DNA of 58,148 nt. Source: an uncultured Gammaproteobacteria bacterium (lineage in GTDB: Bacteria; Pseudomonadota; Gammaproteobacteria; GCA-001735895). Shown in pieces: positions 1 through 11,112 of the stretch (position 1 is its first letter; each line of letters starts with the position of its first letter). The stretch spans positions 1 to 58,148 of the forward strand of contig CAZAVY010000008.1 in the NCBI GenBank assembly GCA_964488685.1, in the 5' to 3' direction. A model generated the notes under the pieces. It did no database searches. It saw only the letters and a program-made list of their open reading frames with translations, and was not told the origin of the DNA. The position numbers and the translations under genes are program-made.

Positions 1-580
1 CTCCGAAGTGCGGGCCCCGTTCGATGGGATCATCAGTGAGGTAGCAGTCGCCGCTGGCGATCGCGTCTCGTTGGGGCAAGTCCTTATATCATTGTTTCCG
101 GTAGACGACCTGGAAATCCGTGCGCACCTTCCGATCAATTACATCCGCTCGGTACAGGGCGCGATTGTAAATCAGGAACAACTCTATGCCAGTGTTTCCA
201 ATCGAAAATATTTAGGGCAGTTTCCGCTCATGCGGGTAGCCGGCGAAGCCGAGCCCACCGGTATCGACCTTTACTTCGCAATTGATACTAACCGGGGTCA
301 ATTGCGTCCAGGCGACCTGTTGCCCCTGAGTCTGAAGCTTCCGCTCGAAAAAGAGGTCTACGCCGTCCCCTACCAGGCAATCTATGGAAATTCGCGAATT
401 TACAAAGTTGTCGAAGAGCGGTTACAGGCGATCGAAGTTACCTCCCTGGGGCAGACGCGGAGCGAAAACGGACAATTCCTGGTTCTGATTCGCAGCGACC
501 AGATCGAATCGGGTGATCAGATCGCGATTACTCATCTACCCAATGCGGTATCGGGGCTCAAGGTAAAGATCTATGAGTAG
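1..580 (+). CDS. RND efflux membrane fusion protein (periplasmic adaptor), 5'-truncated by window edge
   Basis: Biotinyl-lipoyl-like RAPFDGIISEVAVAAGDRV motif and C-terminal GDQIAITHL pattern; overlaps the start of the AcrB-family gene. Confidence 0.85.
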   Translation, partial: SEVRAPFDGIISEVAVAAGDRVSLGQVLISLFPVDDLEIRAHLPINYIRSVQGAIVNQEQLYASVSNRKYLGQFPLMRVAGEAEPTGIDLYFAIDTNRGQLRPGDLLPLSLKLPLEKEVYAVPYQAIYGNSRIYKVVEERLQAIEVTSLGQTRSENGQFLVLIRSDQIESGDQIAITHLPNAVSGLKVKIYE

Positions 581-3500
581 TAGCCTGCTCGGCGTGTTTG
601 CGCAGCACCGGGTTGCAGCCAACCTGCTGATGGTGATGATGCTGTTGTCCGGGGTCATCGCGCTACAGAAACTGAATGTACAGTTCTTTCCCAATTTTGA
701 ACTTGATCGAATTTCTGTTAGCACTGTCTGGAGTGGAGCCAGTGCCGAAGATGTCGAGACGGGCATCACCATTCCACTGGAACAGCGACTACTCAGCATC
801 GATCGCTTGAAGGCATTAACCTCGACTTCGGCAGCCGGATCCTCTGGCATTACGCTTGAATTTGACGAAAACACCGACATGACTTTTGCCCTGGACGAGG
901 TAAAGAAGCAGGTTGACGATTTCAACAATCTCCCCGGCGATGCCGAAAACCCCAAGGTAACGCAACTGGCACACTACGAGTCTGTGGCCCGTTTACTCAT
1001 AAGCGGTCCTTCCCATATCGATGAGCTACGGTTGCTAGCACGGCAATTTGAACGCGAGTTGATCAGCGCCGGCATCGACAAGGTAGAGCTTTTCGGACTG
1101 CCCAAGCAACAATTACAAATTGAAATTGGCGCCGAACAAATGCAACGCCTCGGCATTGGCCTGGATGAACTGGCGGCTAAAATCGATGCGGAAAGCCAGG
1201 ATTTACCAGCAGGTCTTATTGGGGAAGACGACAGCGCACGCGAAATTCGCAGCCAGAATCAACGCCGGACACCGCAGGACTTTGCAAGCCTCGCCATCGT
1301 CAGCGAAGCCGACAAGCGCATCCACCTGGGTGATATAGCGAGTATCGAACAACTACATCTGCCCGCATCGCCGACTATCAGTTTGCGCGGCAGCAACGCG
1401 GTTGTGCTGGTACTGCGTCGCAACGATACCGGCGATTCACTCGAAGCAGCCCAAATTCTGCAGGCATGGCTGGATCAGGTCCGACCCCAATTACCACCCA
1501 ATATAGAAATTCAGGTCTTTAACGAGCGCTGGCAACTGATAAAGGACCGTATCCTGCTATTGCTCAAAAACGGCGCCGGTGGACTGGCGCTGGTATTGCT
1601 GATTCTCTACCTGTTCCTGTCCGCAAGAGTCGCCTTCTGGGTCGCGGTCGGAATTCCCGTATCATTTATGGCAACCCTCGGGGTGTTGTACCTGATCGGC
1701 GGCTCAATCAACATGATCAGCCTGTTTGCTCTGATTATGGCGCTTGGAATAATTGTCGACGATGCGATCGTTGTCGGCGAGGACGCGCAGGCTCACTTCG
1801 AAATGGGAGAAGACCCGTTAACGGCCTCTGAAGGAGGTGCCCGACGCATGTTGGCGCCGGTTCTGGCATCATCACTGACGACCATCGCCGCATTTCTACC
1901 GCTGATGCTGATCGGTGGGCGCATGGGCAGCATTATGATGTCGATCCCGATCGTTATCGTCTGTGTCATCGCCGCGTCTTTAATCGAGAGCTTTCTCATT
2001 CTGCCAGGCCATCTACGACACGCCTTCGTGCAGGGACGCGAATCCAGGCAAACCTGGTTGCGTGAAAAACTTGACCGCGGTTTCGAGCAATTGCGGGATC
2101 GCTGGTTTCGACGCCTGGTGCGCGTCGCGATCGAATTTCGCTGGACTACAATCGCAACTGCAATCGGATTCCTAATACTCGCGCTTGGCCTGTTTTCCAG
2201 TGGCAAGACAGGTTGGCAATTCTTTCCCTCTCCCGAATCGACCACGGTATATGCAAACCTGAGGTTTGTTTCCGGCACCAGCCGCGAAGTAGTCGACAAG
2301 TTTGTCGATCAGATCGAAAACGAATTGCTCAATACCATCGAAGATATCGAAGAAACCGTGGTTTCAACCTATTATCGGGTACATGCCTCGACTGTAGGGC
2401 GTGGGCGGGCTATTACCGGGGAAAGAGTCGGATCGATTTATGTCGAACTACTAGGCTCCGATCAGCGAAAGACCGACAATCCAACTTTTATCGCGAACTG
2501 GCGCTCCCGAATCAAGATCCCACCGGGCGTCGAAAGTTTTCAAATCACCTCCCGTCGGGTCGGTCCATCGCGGCGTGACCTTAACTTGAGACTAACCGGA
2601 TCCAACCCGCACCGACTCAAGGCGGCAGCACAGGACCTGGCGCAAACGCTGGAAACGATTCCCGGTGTCAGCGCAATCGACGATGACCTGCCTTATGGCC
2701 ACGAACAGCTGATTTACCAACTCAGTCCGGCTGGTGAGGCGCTCGGATTATCGATTACCGATGTCGGGCGGCAACTTCGTGCTGCCTACGACGGCATCAT
2801 CCTGCAACGCTTTCAACAGGCTGCCGACGAAATAGAAGTCAGACTGCAGTTACCCGATTACGAACAACGTCGCCTGAACGGATTATCGCAGCTGCCGATA
2901 AAGTTACCCAATGGCGAATTTGTCGCCTTTGAAGCCGTCGCTAACTGGCACTCGGCGCAAGGTTTCGAAACCTTGCGTCATTTCAACGGCAGTCTTTCGG
3001 TAGATGTATCGGCGGATGTAAATGCGTCAGTCAACAATACCGCCGAGGTCGTTGCCGATTTGAAGCAATTTACCTTGCCGGAATTGGCCAGCAGGTACGG
3101 GATTCAATTTAGCGTCGAGGGACGATCGGCCAGCCAACGCGAAACCTTTGCCGATATGCGCGTCGGGGCGATAATCGCGCTGACACTGATGTACCTGGTT
3201 CTAGCCTGGGTGTTTTCGTCATATGGCTGGCCATTGCTGGTCATGCTTACCATTCCTCTCGGTCTCACAGGCGCTATTTTCGGTCACTGGTTAATGGGCA
3301 TGAATTTAACCATTCTTTCGGTATTCGGTTTTTTTGGTTTGTCGGGAATTGTTGTCAACGATTCGATAATTCTGGTCATGTTCTACCGTCAGATACGGGA
3401 CAAAGGGCTACCCATTTACGACGCGCTTGAAGAAGCGGCATGTCAGCGATTACGCGCGGTATTGTTAACCTCACTCACCACCATTGCCGGCCTGACCCCG

Positions 3501-3680
3501 TTACTTTTTGAAACTTCGCGCCAGGCACAATTCCTGATACCGATGGCGGTATCGATAGCATTTGGACTTGCCTTTGCAACGCTGTTGATATTGTTGGTGA
3601 TTCCGGCGATGCTTTCGGTCTATGAAGACGTGCATAGCGTACTGCAAGCCGAACCTCAATCTACCCCGGGTACTACATGA
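573..3680 (+). CDS. RND efflux transporter permease, AcrB/AcrD/AcrF family
   Basis: 1035 aa with two large periplasmic loops; TM4 GIIVDDAIVVGE, GIVVNDSIIL, RLRAVLLTSLTT, C-terminal PMAVSIAFGL. Confidence 0.95.
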   Translation: MSSSLLGVFAQHRVAANLLMVMMLLSGVIALQKLNVQFFPNFELDRISVSTVWSGASAEDVETGITIPLEQRLLSIDRLKALTSTSAAGSSGITLEFDENTDMTFALDEVKKQVDDFNNLPGDAENPKVTQLAHYESVARLLISGPSHIDELRLLARQFERELISAGIDKVELFGLPKQQLQIEIGAEQMQRLGIGLDELAAKIDAESQDLPAGLIGEDDSAREIRSQNQRRTPQDFASLAIVSEADKRIHLGDIASIEQLHLPASPTISLRGSNAVVLVLRRNDTGDSLEAAQILQAWLDQVRPQLPPNIEIQVFNERWQLIKDRILLLLKNGAGGLALVLLILYLFLSARVAFWVAVGIPVSFMATLGVLYLIGGSINMISLFALIMALGIIVDDAIVVGEDAQAHFEMGEDPLTASEGGARRMLAPVLASSLTTIAAFLPLMLIGGRMGSIMMSIPIVIVCVIAASLIESFLILPGHLRHAFVQGRESRQTWLREKLDRGFEQLRDRWFRRLVRVAIEFRWTTIATAIGFLILALGLFSSGKTGWQFFPSPESTTVYANLRFVSGTSREVVDKFVDQIENELLNTIEDIEETVVSTYYRVHASTVGRGRAITGERVGSIYVELLGSDQRKTDNPTFIANWRSRIKIPPGVESFQITSRRVGPSRRDLNLRLTGSNPHRLKAAAQDLAQTLETIPGVSAIDDDLPYGHEQLIYQLSPAGEALGLSITDVGRQLRAAYDGIILQRFQQAADEIEVRLQLPDYEQRRLNGLSQLPIKLPNGEFVAFEAVANWHSAQGFETLRHFNGSLSVDVSADVNASVNNTAEVVADLKQFTLPELASRYGIQFSVEGRSASQRETFADMRVGAIIALTLMYLVLAWVFSSYGWPLLVMLTIPLGLTGAIFGHWLMGMNLTILSVFGFFGLSGIVVNDSIILVMFYRQIRDKGLPIYDALEEAACQRLRAVLLTSLTTIAGLTPLLFETSRQAQFLIPMAVSIAFGLAFATLLILLVIPAMLSVYEDVHSVLQAEPQSTPGTT

Positions 3681-4030
3681 TACAATTTTCCCGGCTACAA
3701 AAAGAGCAGCTGCGCGCGGTCGCCGAGCCGATCTGGAAAAACATCATCGAAGCGGCGCAGGAATACGACTATGCAAAGTTTTCGCGCGGATTTTCAAATG
3801 ATTTGCTGGCAAAGCTTTCCGAACAACACTTTCGCCAGAGTTGTGAAGATTTCCCCGTATTGACTTCGATCGAACCGGAATTCGAATTTATTGATTCGAT
3901 TCACCGGGAAAATACGATAACTATTTTGTGGCGCCTGACCAGCTCAAAATTCGACGGTGAATTTCTGGGACTGCTAACACTGCAAAGCAATGATTCCGGT
4001 ATGGAAATAACTGCGGTTTCAGTGAATTAA
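3677..4030 (+). CDS. Hypothetical protein (DUF3887-like small alpha/beta protein)
   Basis: 117-aa ORF coupled to the RND gene by an ATGA overlap; stop abuts the convergent tldD stop; family guess is tentative. Confidence 0.65.
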   Translation: MIQFSRLQKEQLRAVAEPIWKNIIEAAQEYDYAKFSRGFSNDLLAKLSEQHFRQSCEDFPVLTSIEPEFEFIDSIHRENTITILWRLTSSKFDGEFLGLLTLQSNDSGMEITAVSVN

Positions 4031-5469
4031 TCGGTACCACCAACAGTAATCTCATCGATTTTGAGACTGGGCTGCCCAACTCCGACCGGTACCGACTGCC
4101 CTTCCTTGCCACAGACACCGATACCCTGGTCCAGCTCAAGATCATTTCCCACCATTGAAATTTTTCCCATGACTTCGGGCCCGGATCCGATCAGGGTAGC
4201 CCCCCTGACGGGTGCGGTAATCTTGCCTTTTTCGATCAGGTAGGCTTCGGAGAGCGAAAACACGAATCTCCCCGAGGTAATATCCACCTGCCCGCCGCCA
4301 AAATTAACCGCGTACAGGCCCTTGTCGACCGAGTTGATAATTTCCTGCGGATCGCTATCCCCGGGAAGCATGTAGGTATTGGTCATACGTGGCATCGGCA
4401 AGTGCGCAAACGACTCCCGCCTTCCATTGGAAGTCGACCGGGTACCCATCAGGCGAGCATTCATTTTATCCTGCATGTAACCCTTGAGCTCGCCTTTTTC
4501 AATCAGGACCGTGCACTGCGCGGGAACTCCCTCATCATCGACGCTAAGCGACCCGCGACGATCCTGCAGGGTACCGTCATCGACCACGGTGCATAATGCA
4601 GAGGCGACCTGCTGACCCAGTTTGTTACTGAAGGCCGAGGTTCCCTTGCGATTGAAATCACCTTCCAGGCCGTGACCTACGGCCTCATGCAACAGCACGC
4701 CGGGCCAACCCGGTCCGAGTACAACCGGCATGCTACCTGCGGGCGTGGCTATCGATTCAAGATTAATGGATGCCTGCCTGACCGCCTCACGAGCGAGTTC
4801 ATAGGGTCGGTCGTTATCGAAAATCACATCGTAACCATATCGACCGCCGCCGCCGGCACTGCCCTGCTCACGTCGTTCACCCTGATGCATCAACACGGTA
4901 ACATTGAGGCGTATCAGCGGGCGTATATCGGATGCCAATGTATTATCGGTTGCAGCGACCAGAATATGATCGATGCCGCCCGAAAGAGAGATGATCACCT
5001 GCTCGATACGTGGGTCCAGCGAACGGGTATAGACGTCAAGCTTTTTGAGTAACTCGACCTTGGCTTCGGCGCTGAGGCCATCGATCGGGTTGTGCGATGT
5101 ATATAAAGCCTTTGCCGGCCGGCTCGCTAACTGAACCCGGTTACTGCCTGACTGACCCTGCCTGACGATAGCGCGCGCATTGCCAATCGCCTGGGTAATG
5201 GCATTACTGCGTAAGTCGTCACAATAGGCAAATCCAGTTTTTTCCTCGGACATGGCGCGAATACCCACACCCTTTTCGATATTGAAGCTGCCCTCACGCA
5301 GGATGCCGTCATCCATAAGCCACGATTCTTGCTGACTGGTCTGAAAATAGAGATCACCGGCATCGATATATTTGCCTTGCAGGCGATCGAGAAACCCATC
5401 GAGCTGCTCCAGCTGGAGTTCGCTCGGTTCCAGAATATTCTTACTGACCACTTCTAATGTTGATGCCAT
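4027..5469 (-). CDS. tldD: Metalloprotease TldD
   Basis: [16 protein letters not shown] metal-binding motif, [25 protein letters not shown]. Confidence 0.97.
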   Translation of the reverse strand: MASTLEVVSKNILEPSELQLEQLDGFLDRLQGKYIDAGDLYFQTSQQESWLMDDGILREGSFNIEKGVGIRAMSEEKTGFAYCDDLRSNAITQAIGNARAIVRQGQSGSNRVQLASRPAKALYTSHNPIDGLSAEAKVELLKKLDVYTRSLDPRIEQVIISLSGGIDHILVAATDNTLASDIRPLIRLNVTVLMHQGERREQGSAGGGGRYGYDVIFDNDRPYELAREAVRQASINLESIATPAGSMPVVLGPGWPGVLLHEAVGHGLEGDFNRKGTSAFSNKLGQQVASALCTVVDDGTLQDRRGSLSVDDEGVPAQCTVLIEKGELKGYMQDKMNARLMGTRSTSNGRRESFAHLPMPRMTNTYMLPGDSDPQEIINSVDKGLYAVNFGGGQVDITSGRFVFSLSEAYLIEKGKITAPVRGATLIGSGPEVMGKISMVGNDLELDQGIGVCGKEGQSVPVGVGQPSLKIDEITVGGTD

Positions 5470-5478
5470 CTGGTTCTC

Positions 5479-5859
5479 CTAAAATTCATCTCGATTGCCG
5501 ACTTCCAGCTTGATTTCGTCGGCTGCCTGGGTGCCTGATAAAAGTAGGATATAAGCTGAGGGCACCCCCAGGGATATCAACCAGTCACGTAGTTCCGCGG
5601 CCCAGAGTTCGCCACTATCCTCACCGGGATAGCGTATTAACAGCACCTTGCCGGTACCCTTACCCCAGTAACTGACCGCCGCGCGTATCGCTCCCAGCTG
5701 TGGTATTACCGCCCCGCTGCGGGGCCGCGCCCATTCGTCCGCACTCAGCGTGAAGATACGAACCGTGTTAGCTGCCGCAAGACTGACCACGCACAGCAAA
5801 CCTGCAATACAAACGCTACTTCTTATCAATTTCCGGTAATTCTCGCTGGTTTTCATCAA
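5479..5859 (-). CDS. Secreted hypothetical protein, possible degenerate OmpA-C-like fold
   Basis: Hydrophobic signal-like N-terminus ending SLAAA; WAAELRDWLISLGVPS resembles the OmpA_C helix pattern; overlaps the yhdP 3' end. Confidence 0.7.
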   Translation of the reverse strand: MMKTSENYRKLIRSSVCIAGLLCVVSLAAANTVRIFTLSADEWARPRSGAVIPQLGAIRAAVSYWGKGTGKVLLIRYPGEDSGELWAAELRDWLISLGVPSAYILLLSGTQAADEIKLEVGNRDEF

Positions 5860-8800
5860 CTGCCTTGACTAGTTCAATTTGAGGGTCATCCCAACTTCCC
5901 GTGACCTGGTATTCTATTTCGACCGCGTTGTCTATGGATTTTTTAAACAGGTTTTGCAACAAAAGCAATCCCCAGCCGACCGCACTTCCGGCTGTCACAG
6001 CTCCAATTAACGGCAATGTCTGCCTGATTTTCGGCGTCACCCGAATACGCTGATTATAATCACGATTTACAAAACCGGTTTGGCCAGAAATCTTTATCTT
6101 GGCGGCGATCCCCTCCATGCGAGTATCTTCAGTATAAAGCACGCCGCCATCAACCCGGTAGCTACCGGTTATCTTATCAAATTCCATGCCTTTGATCAGC
6201 ACATCTGAAAAGTCCAGCGACAGGCGTCGCGGTAATGCGCTCAAACTCAATAGCCCGACAAATCGGCCACTGCCGGGTTCAACATTATTCAACACACCAT
6301 CTTCGATTCTTAGTCGGGCATCACCTACGAAATTATGCGGCTTCAAGTCCAGCAATGACGCCTGCCAGGAAAAACCGCCCTGAAAATTGATTTTGCCATC
6401 GCGCATGGTATCTCCGAATCCGATACCGGCAATCGCCTTTCCCAGGTTTGTGCCCTTGATTCTCGTGTTCATGCTGGAAATATGGGAGCCCTCCTTGGCA
6501 TCGTAATTCCACTGTGCCTGGCCGCTTAAAAATATTTCATCTCGGCGCATACTGAAATTATCAACATGAAGGCTATCCTCGACAACCCTGGCTTCAACCA
6601 GCAGATCGTTAAACAACATATCGTGAAACACCAGAGCCTGACTACTGAGTCGAAAGTCCATAAGGTCTTCCGGCACCAAATTACCTGGACCTGTATCCTG
6701 ATCCAGTTTGTCCAGTTTCAGGTAGTCCAGTTCGATCAGGGCCGGTTCCCGGGAGGAAGTCTGCAGCGGAATTTCAAATTTGCCCCTGACGAGAGAAGAC
6801 TCGAGGGAACCGGAATACCGTTGCTGAGATCGTTTTATATCGAATTCTACATTTTCAAGCGTACGCTTGAAGGCAATCACCCGATCAGCATGAAGCTCGG
6901 CGAAATTAAACAGGTTGGGATTGTCGGCGTCTGAATCCCTGAATACCGCATACCAGTCATCCATTGAAATCTCTTCAACGATGCCGTAAACATTGATCCC
7001 TTTTGCCTGTCGGGGTTTCAGATTGGTGGAAAGCGCCAGGTCAAGCGAAGCGAGTTTAAAATCCCGGTCTTGGTTAGCAAGCAGCTCTCCGCGGACATGC
7101 CTTTGTGTACCGAGGTCGACTGTAAACCGAATTTGTTGCGGGAAAAATTCCAGCTCGGCGCCAATCCTGGTCGCTTCTTGTCCTGCTTTGAAAAGTGGAT
7201 GGGGCAAAGTAATTTCCGTGCCCACCAGATTACTGGCCGCTTTTATTTTTAAAAATGCCTGATTCGCCGGTGCCGAGTCACCGGCAATTTCCAACCTGGC
7301 CTGCCAATCGCTGTTACCTTTTACATATTGTGTCGACCATTGTGGTAAACGCTTGAGCAGGTTCCTGGATGCGAGCCGGCCGCGTATCTGTACCACGGTA
7401 TCGCCGCCGGGTTTTACTGATTCGATATCTATCTCAACCGGGTCGCCAAAAAAATGAGCGTCTAGTCCACGGGCAAAGATCGAATCATTCGCCACCTCAA
7501 GTCGGCCATTAATCCGCGACAGGTTCAATCCCCAGCTTCGCGCCCCGGCACTCGCATCATCGAAATCGACAACAACCTCGACGCGCTGTTGCGCCGCTGA
7601 TTCTGTCAATGGTAAACGAATGTCTACATCGACTCTGACACGACCATCGAAATCATGCAAATTGCTGACCGTGTCGCGAAACCGCTTCCCAACCGGTGTA
7701 TCTATCCAGACACGCACGGCATCCGCAGTTGGCGCTTCAGTTTTTATTTTCAAGGTCAATACCGGTTCATCAAAACTGGCAATCGATCCGCTTGCCTGCA
7801 TATCCTCGATGTGCTCATAACTAACTCGATCAAGTTCAAACTCTACTGCCGCATTGTGAAATAACACACTGCCGCTGCCGTTACGGGCATTCAGCCATCC
7901 TGGTGCGAAAAAAATATCTGCTTTTTCAACGTCAAATCCAACAAAAAATTCACCTGATTTGTAACGATCAAATTCTCTGACATCTGCCAGCCGACCGTGA
8001 AACTGCAAATCACCCCTCGGTACAAATCCACTTTTTATACCTTTCTCCAGCCATAGCTGAATTTCCCCGGGCATAAACTTGAGCGGTATATACTTAGCGG
8101 TACTGCCTGCGATAGCGTCGGCAAAATTGACCCGTAAAAACACGAAGGGTCTTTCGTAGGCGTCTGCTTCGAGCCACATCCGCCCAGAGGCTCTTATATC
8201 CCGGTTACGAATCTGGATCCGGTTTAGCGCGAGCAGCAGGTTGCCGTTTTCCTTACGCTCGCCTACTGCAACCAGTTCCAACGCGTCAAGTTCCAGCGGC
8301 GCCTTGAAATGATCGCCTAAATCGAGGCGAATATTCTCTCCATATAACCTGACGCGCAGCTTGTTCTCGCCCATCACAAGATCGGCATTGAGGTTGGTGG
8401 CACCTGGAAAATCTGCGAATGCTTCGCTATTAACCTCGACCGCTCGTCCACTTATCCTGAAATTCTCCGGCCGCTGCAAATCTACCCTCAGCATCACATC
8501 TCGAAGCATACCCTGGAAGCTTCCAGTTGCAATTTGTTTGCTAATTTCAACCGGTAACCATTGACCGGACAGCGCCGGGAAAGCAGAAATTGGCAGTCGA
8601 TCAATCCATGCGCTAACAATGGTATTTTCAGAGCGGGTTGAAATTTCAAGTTGCGATCTGATGCCTGAAAAACTTCGACCATCGATAACCAGGCGTTCGA
8701 TATTATTGGCGATTCGCCAGCTGGAATTTCGGTTGCTTGCATTGAAACGCGCATGATACTCGACTTCCAGGGGCGTATTTTCTGCAACCACCTGTAACAC

Positions 8801-9616
8801 AGCCTGTTTTAGTACCAGGTCCCCTTTGACCGAGAGGATCTTGTAACCCGACATGTTTATCCAGAGCTCTCCATCGAGAGCACCGTCTTTCAAAGCACGG
8901 GGATCGAAGCCGAACAACCGGGCCAGAGCCGGTATTTTTAAATTTGTCGAATTCAGGTAGATCAAACTGCGATCGGAATCGAACACCGATTTGAGCACAA
9001 TACCCCGACCCAGTTCATCCGGCAATGCAGCACTAAATCGAGTAAAAAACTGATCGTTTCGGTTATTGATTTGCACCGAAATTCTATCGAGCTGAAGCTC
9101 TTTATCGGTTTTCTGGTCGCGCACAATCAAGCGCCGGAGATCGAGTTTCAGGTAGCGTGGCAACAATGCCAGAACCCGCTTAAAACCGGGCAAGGCAATT
9201 TGGCTGTCAGCGCCACCAATTTCGAATTGATGGATCCACCAGCGACCTGACTTATCCTTGATCAGTTCGATTTTTTCCAGGTTTCCGGTAACTTCGAATA
9301 CTACCGGTGCGCGTTCCCGTAAACTGGCGAATAAATCAAATTCGATCTCGAAGCGATTGACAAATAGTGGTTGCGATCTGTCGGGCAGATTTATCGAGAC
9401 ATTTTCGATGCGCAGAAGCGGGTTGAAGCGCTTCATATCACCGCTGATACCACTAAAAACGATGCCCTCGCTTACATAGCGCGCCAACAAGTATTCGATT
9501 TCGGGCTTGAAATGATCGATATTGTGGATCGCAAGACGTATGCCCCCCGTGATTATCGCCAGCAGAATTACAGTGACTGCGAAAATTCCAACGACAATTC
9601 TCTTTAAAGCTACCAC
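5816..9616 (-). CDS. yhdP: YhdP family (AsmA-like) phospholipid transporter
   Basis: 1266 aa, single N-terminal TM, DUF3971/AsmA_2-like C-terminus (GRFVGLLSLSALPRRLSLDFSD, YQVTGSWDDP); conserved position between rng and tldD. Confidence 0.92.
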   Translation of the reverse strand: MVALKRIVVGIFAVTVILLAIITGGIRLAIHNIDHFKPEIEYLLARYVSEGIVFSGISGDMKRFNPLLRIENVSINLPDRSQPLFVNRFEIEFDLFASLRERAPVVFEVTGNLEKIELIKDKSGRWWIHQFEIGGADSQIALPGFKRVLALLPRYLKLDLRRLIVRDQKTDKELQLDRISVQINNRNDQFFTRFSAALPDELGRGIVLKSVFDSDRSLIYLNSTNLKIPALARLFGFDPRALKDGALDGELWINMSGYKILSVKGDLVLKQAVLQVVAENTPLEVEYHARFNASNRNSSWRIANNIERLVIDGRSFSGIRSQLEISTRSENTIVSAWIDRLPISAFPALSGQWLPVEISKQIATGSFQGMLRDVMLRVDLQRPENFRISGRAVEVNSEAFADFPGATNLNADLVMGENKLRVRLYGENIRLDLGDHFKAPLELDALELVAVGERKENGNLLLALNRIQIRNRDIRASGRMWLEADAYERPFVFLRVNFADAIAGSTAKYIPLKFMPGEIQLWLEKGIKSGFVPRGDLQFHGRLADVREFDRYKSGEFFVGFDVEKADIFFAPGWLNARNGSGSVLFHNAAVEFELDRVSYEHIEDMQASGSIASFDEPVLTLKIKTEAPTADAVRVWIDTPVGKRFRDTVSNLHDFDGRVRVDVDIRLPLTESAAQQRVEVVVDFDDASAGARSWGLNLSRINGRLEVANDSIFARGLDAHFFGDPVEIDIESVKPGGDTVVQIRGRLASRNLLKRLPQWSTQYVKGNSDWQARLEIAGDSAPANQAFLKIKAASNLVGTEITLPHPLFKAGQEATRIGAELEFFPQQIRFTVDLGTQRHVRGELLANQDRDFKLASLDLALSTNLKPRQAKGINVYGIVEEISMDDWYAVFRDSDADNPNLFNFAELHADRVIAFKRTLENVEFDIKRSQQRYSGSLESSLVRGKFEIPLQTSSREPALIELDYLKLDKLDQDTGPGNLVPEDLMDFRLSSQALVFHDMLFNDLLVEARVVEDSLHVDNFSMRRDEIFLSGQAQWNYDAKEGSHISSMNTRIKGTNLGKAIAGIGFGDTMRDGKINFQGGFSWQASLLDLKPHNFVGDARLRIEDGVLNNVEPGSGRFVGLLSLSALPRRLSLDFSDVLIKGMEFDKITGSYRVDGGVLYTEDTRMEGIAAKIKISGQTGFVNRDYNQRIRVTPKIRQTLPLIGAVTAGSAVGWGLLLLQNLFKKSIDNAVEIEYQVTGSWDDPQIELVKAVDENQRELPEIDKK

Positions 9617-9634
9617 TTCACGAGCCTGTGCTGA

Positions 9635-11110
9635 TTAAACCGGCACCACGTCATAGGATTCCTGAGATAAATGTTGCTCCACCTGGAGTTTGACCGGGAT
9701 ATCGATAAAGGTTTCAAGTTCGGCCAGATTAGCCGCCTCCTCGTCGAGCAGCCTGTCGACTACGTCCTGATTCGCCATCACCAGCAATTGCTGCGCTTCA
9801 TCATAAAAACGCGCTTCACGCAGGATTTCACGGAATATTTCATAGCAAACGGTTTCAGTAGTTTTGATCGAACCGCGACCGTGGCAAGTCTTACAGGGCT
9901 CACAGAGAACGTGCTCGAGGCTTTCACGGGTCCGTTTACGCGTCATTTCGACCAGCCCCAACGGTGATACCTCGCATACCTGGGTTTTGGCATGATCTTT
10001 AACAAGGTATTTTTGCAGCGATTTTAAAACCTGACGCTTGTGGTCTTCATGTTCCATGTCGATGAAATCAATAATAATGATACCGCCCAGATTTCGTAAT
10101 CTGAGTTGACGGGCCAAAGCCTGCGACGCTTCCATATTGGTTTTGAAAATAGTTTCTTCGAGATTTTGATGACCCACAAATGCGCCGGTATTGATATCGA
10201 TGGTGGTCATTGCCTCGGTCTGATCGATAATCAGATACCCACCTGATTTGAGGCTGACCTGGCGTGCCAACGCGCGTTGCAGTTCATCGTCGATATTGTA
10301 AAGGTCGAACAGCGGTCGCTCACCCGGGTAATGTTCTATCCTGGCCGGCAGGTCGGGTATATAACGCTCTGCGAAATCGGTCATTTTCTGGAAAGTTTCG
10401 CGTGAATCAACCTTCACCAGACCCGTGGCGGCACCGACCATGTCGCGCAGGGTTCGGATTGACAAGGGTAGATCCTCGTGGATTATGTTTCCCGCCTGAA
10501 CAGAATCAGCGTGTTCCAGCAATGAACCCCATAACTTGGACAAAAACGCGATATCACGCTGCAACTCTTCTTCATTCACACCTTCCGCCGCGGTACGAAT
10601 GATACAACCACCAATCTGGTTTTCGGCGCGACACGCCTCGAGTAGATTTTTCAACCGTTCACGTTCGGGTTCATCTTCAATCTTGACCGAGATTCCAATC
10701 AATGATGAATTGGGCATATACACCAGGTAGCGAGAAGGTACCGAAATGCTGGTCGTCAAGCGCGCGCCCTTTGTCCCCATCGGGTCCTTGACTGCCTGCA
10801 CTAACAGGGTTTGCCCCTGGTCCAGCAATTCGCTGATAACGGGACGGGTGTTTTCTTCATCGTCATCACCTTTGTCACCGATATCAATATCCGACACGTG
10901 CAGAAACCCCGCTTTGTCAAGCCCGATATCCACAAACGCGGCTTCCATACCGGGCAGTACCCGATTGACTTTACCTTTATAGATGTTACCGACTATTCCC
11001 CGGCTGCGCTGACGTTCAATACTTACTTCCTGTAGCGTCCCGTTTTCAACAATAGCTACCCGGGTCTCCTCGGGAGTTATGTTTATCAGTATTTCCTCGT
11101 TTGTCATCAT
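9635..11110 (-). CDS. rng: Ribonuclease G
   Basis: EILINITPEETRVA, S1 domain GNIYKGKV, IDINTG, GGIIIIDFIDM, CxxCxG zinc-link; start probably 11110 or 11107. Confidence 0.97.
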   Translation of the reverse strand: MMTNEEILINITPEETRVAIVENGTLQEVSIERQRSRGIVGNIYKGKVNRVLPGMEAAFVDIGLDKAGFLHVSDIDIGDKGDDDEENTRPVISELLDQGQTLLVQAVKDPMGTKGARLTTSISVPSRYLVYMPNSSLIGISVKIEDEPERERLKNLLEACRAENQIGGCIIRTAAEGVNEEELQRDIAFLSKLWGSLLEHADSVQAGNIIHEDLPLSIRTLRDMVGAATGLVKVDSRETFQKMTDFAERYIPDLPARIEHYPGERPLFDLYNIDDELQRALARQVSLKSGGYLIIDQTEAMTTIDINTGAFVGHQNLEETIFKTNMEASQALARQLRLRNLGGIIIIDFIDMEHEDHKRQVLKSLQKYLVKDHAKTQVCEVSPLGLVEMTRKRTRESLEHVLCEPCKTCHGRGSIKTTETVCYEIFREILREARFYDEAQQLLVMANQDVVDRLLDEEAANLAELETFIDIPVKLQVEQHLSQESYDVVPV

Positions 11111-11112
11111 AA

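Noticed and set aside
573-3680. RND TM10 has GIVVNDSI rather than the AcrB lysine
   Set aside because: Common in this RND subfamily as far as I recall; not evidence of novelty
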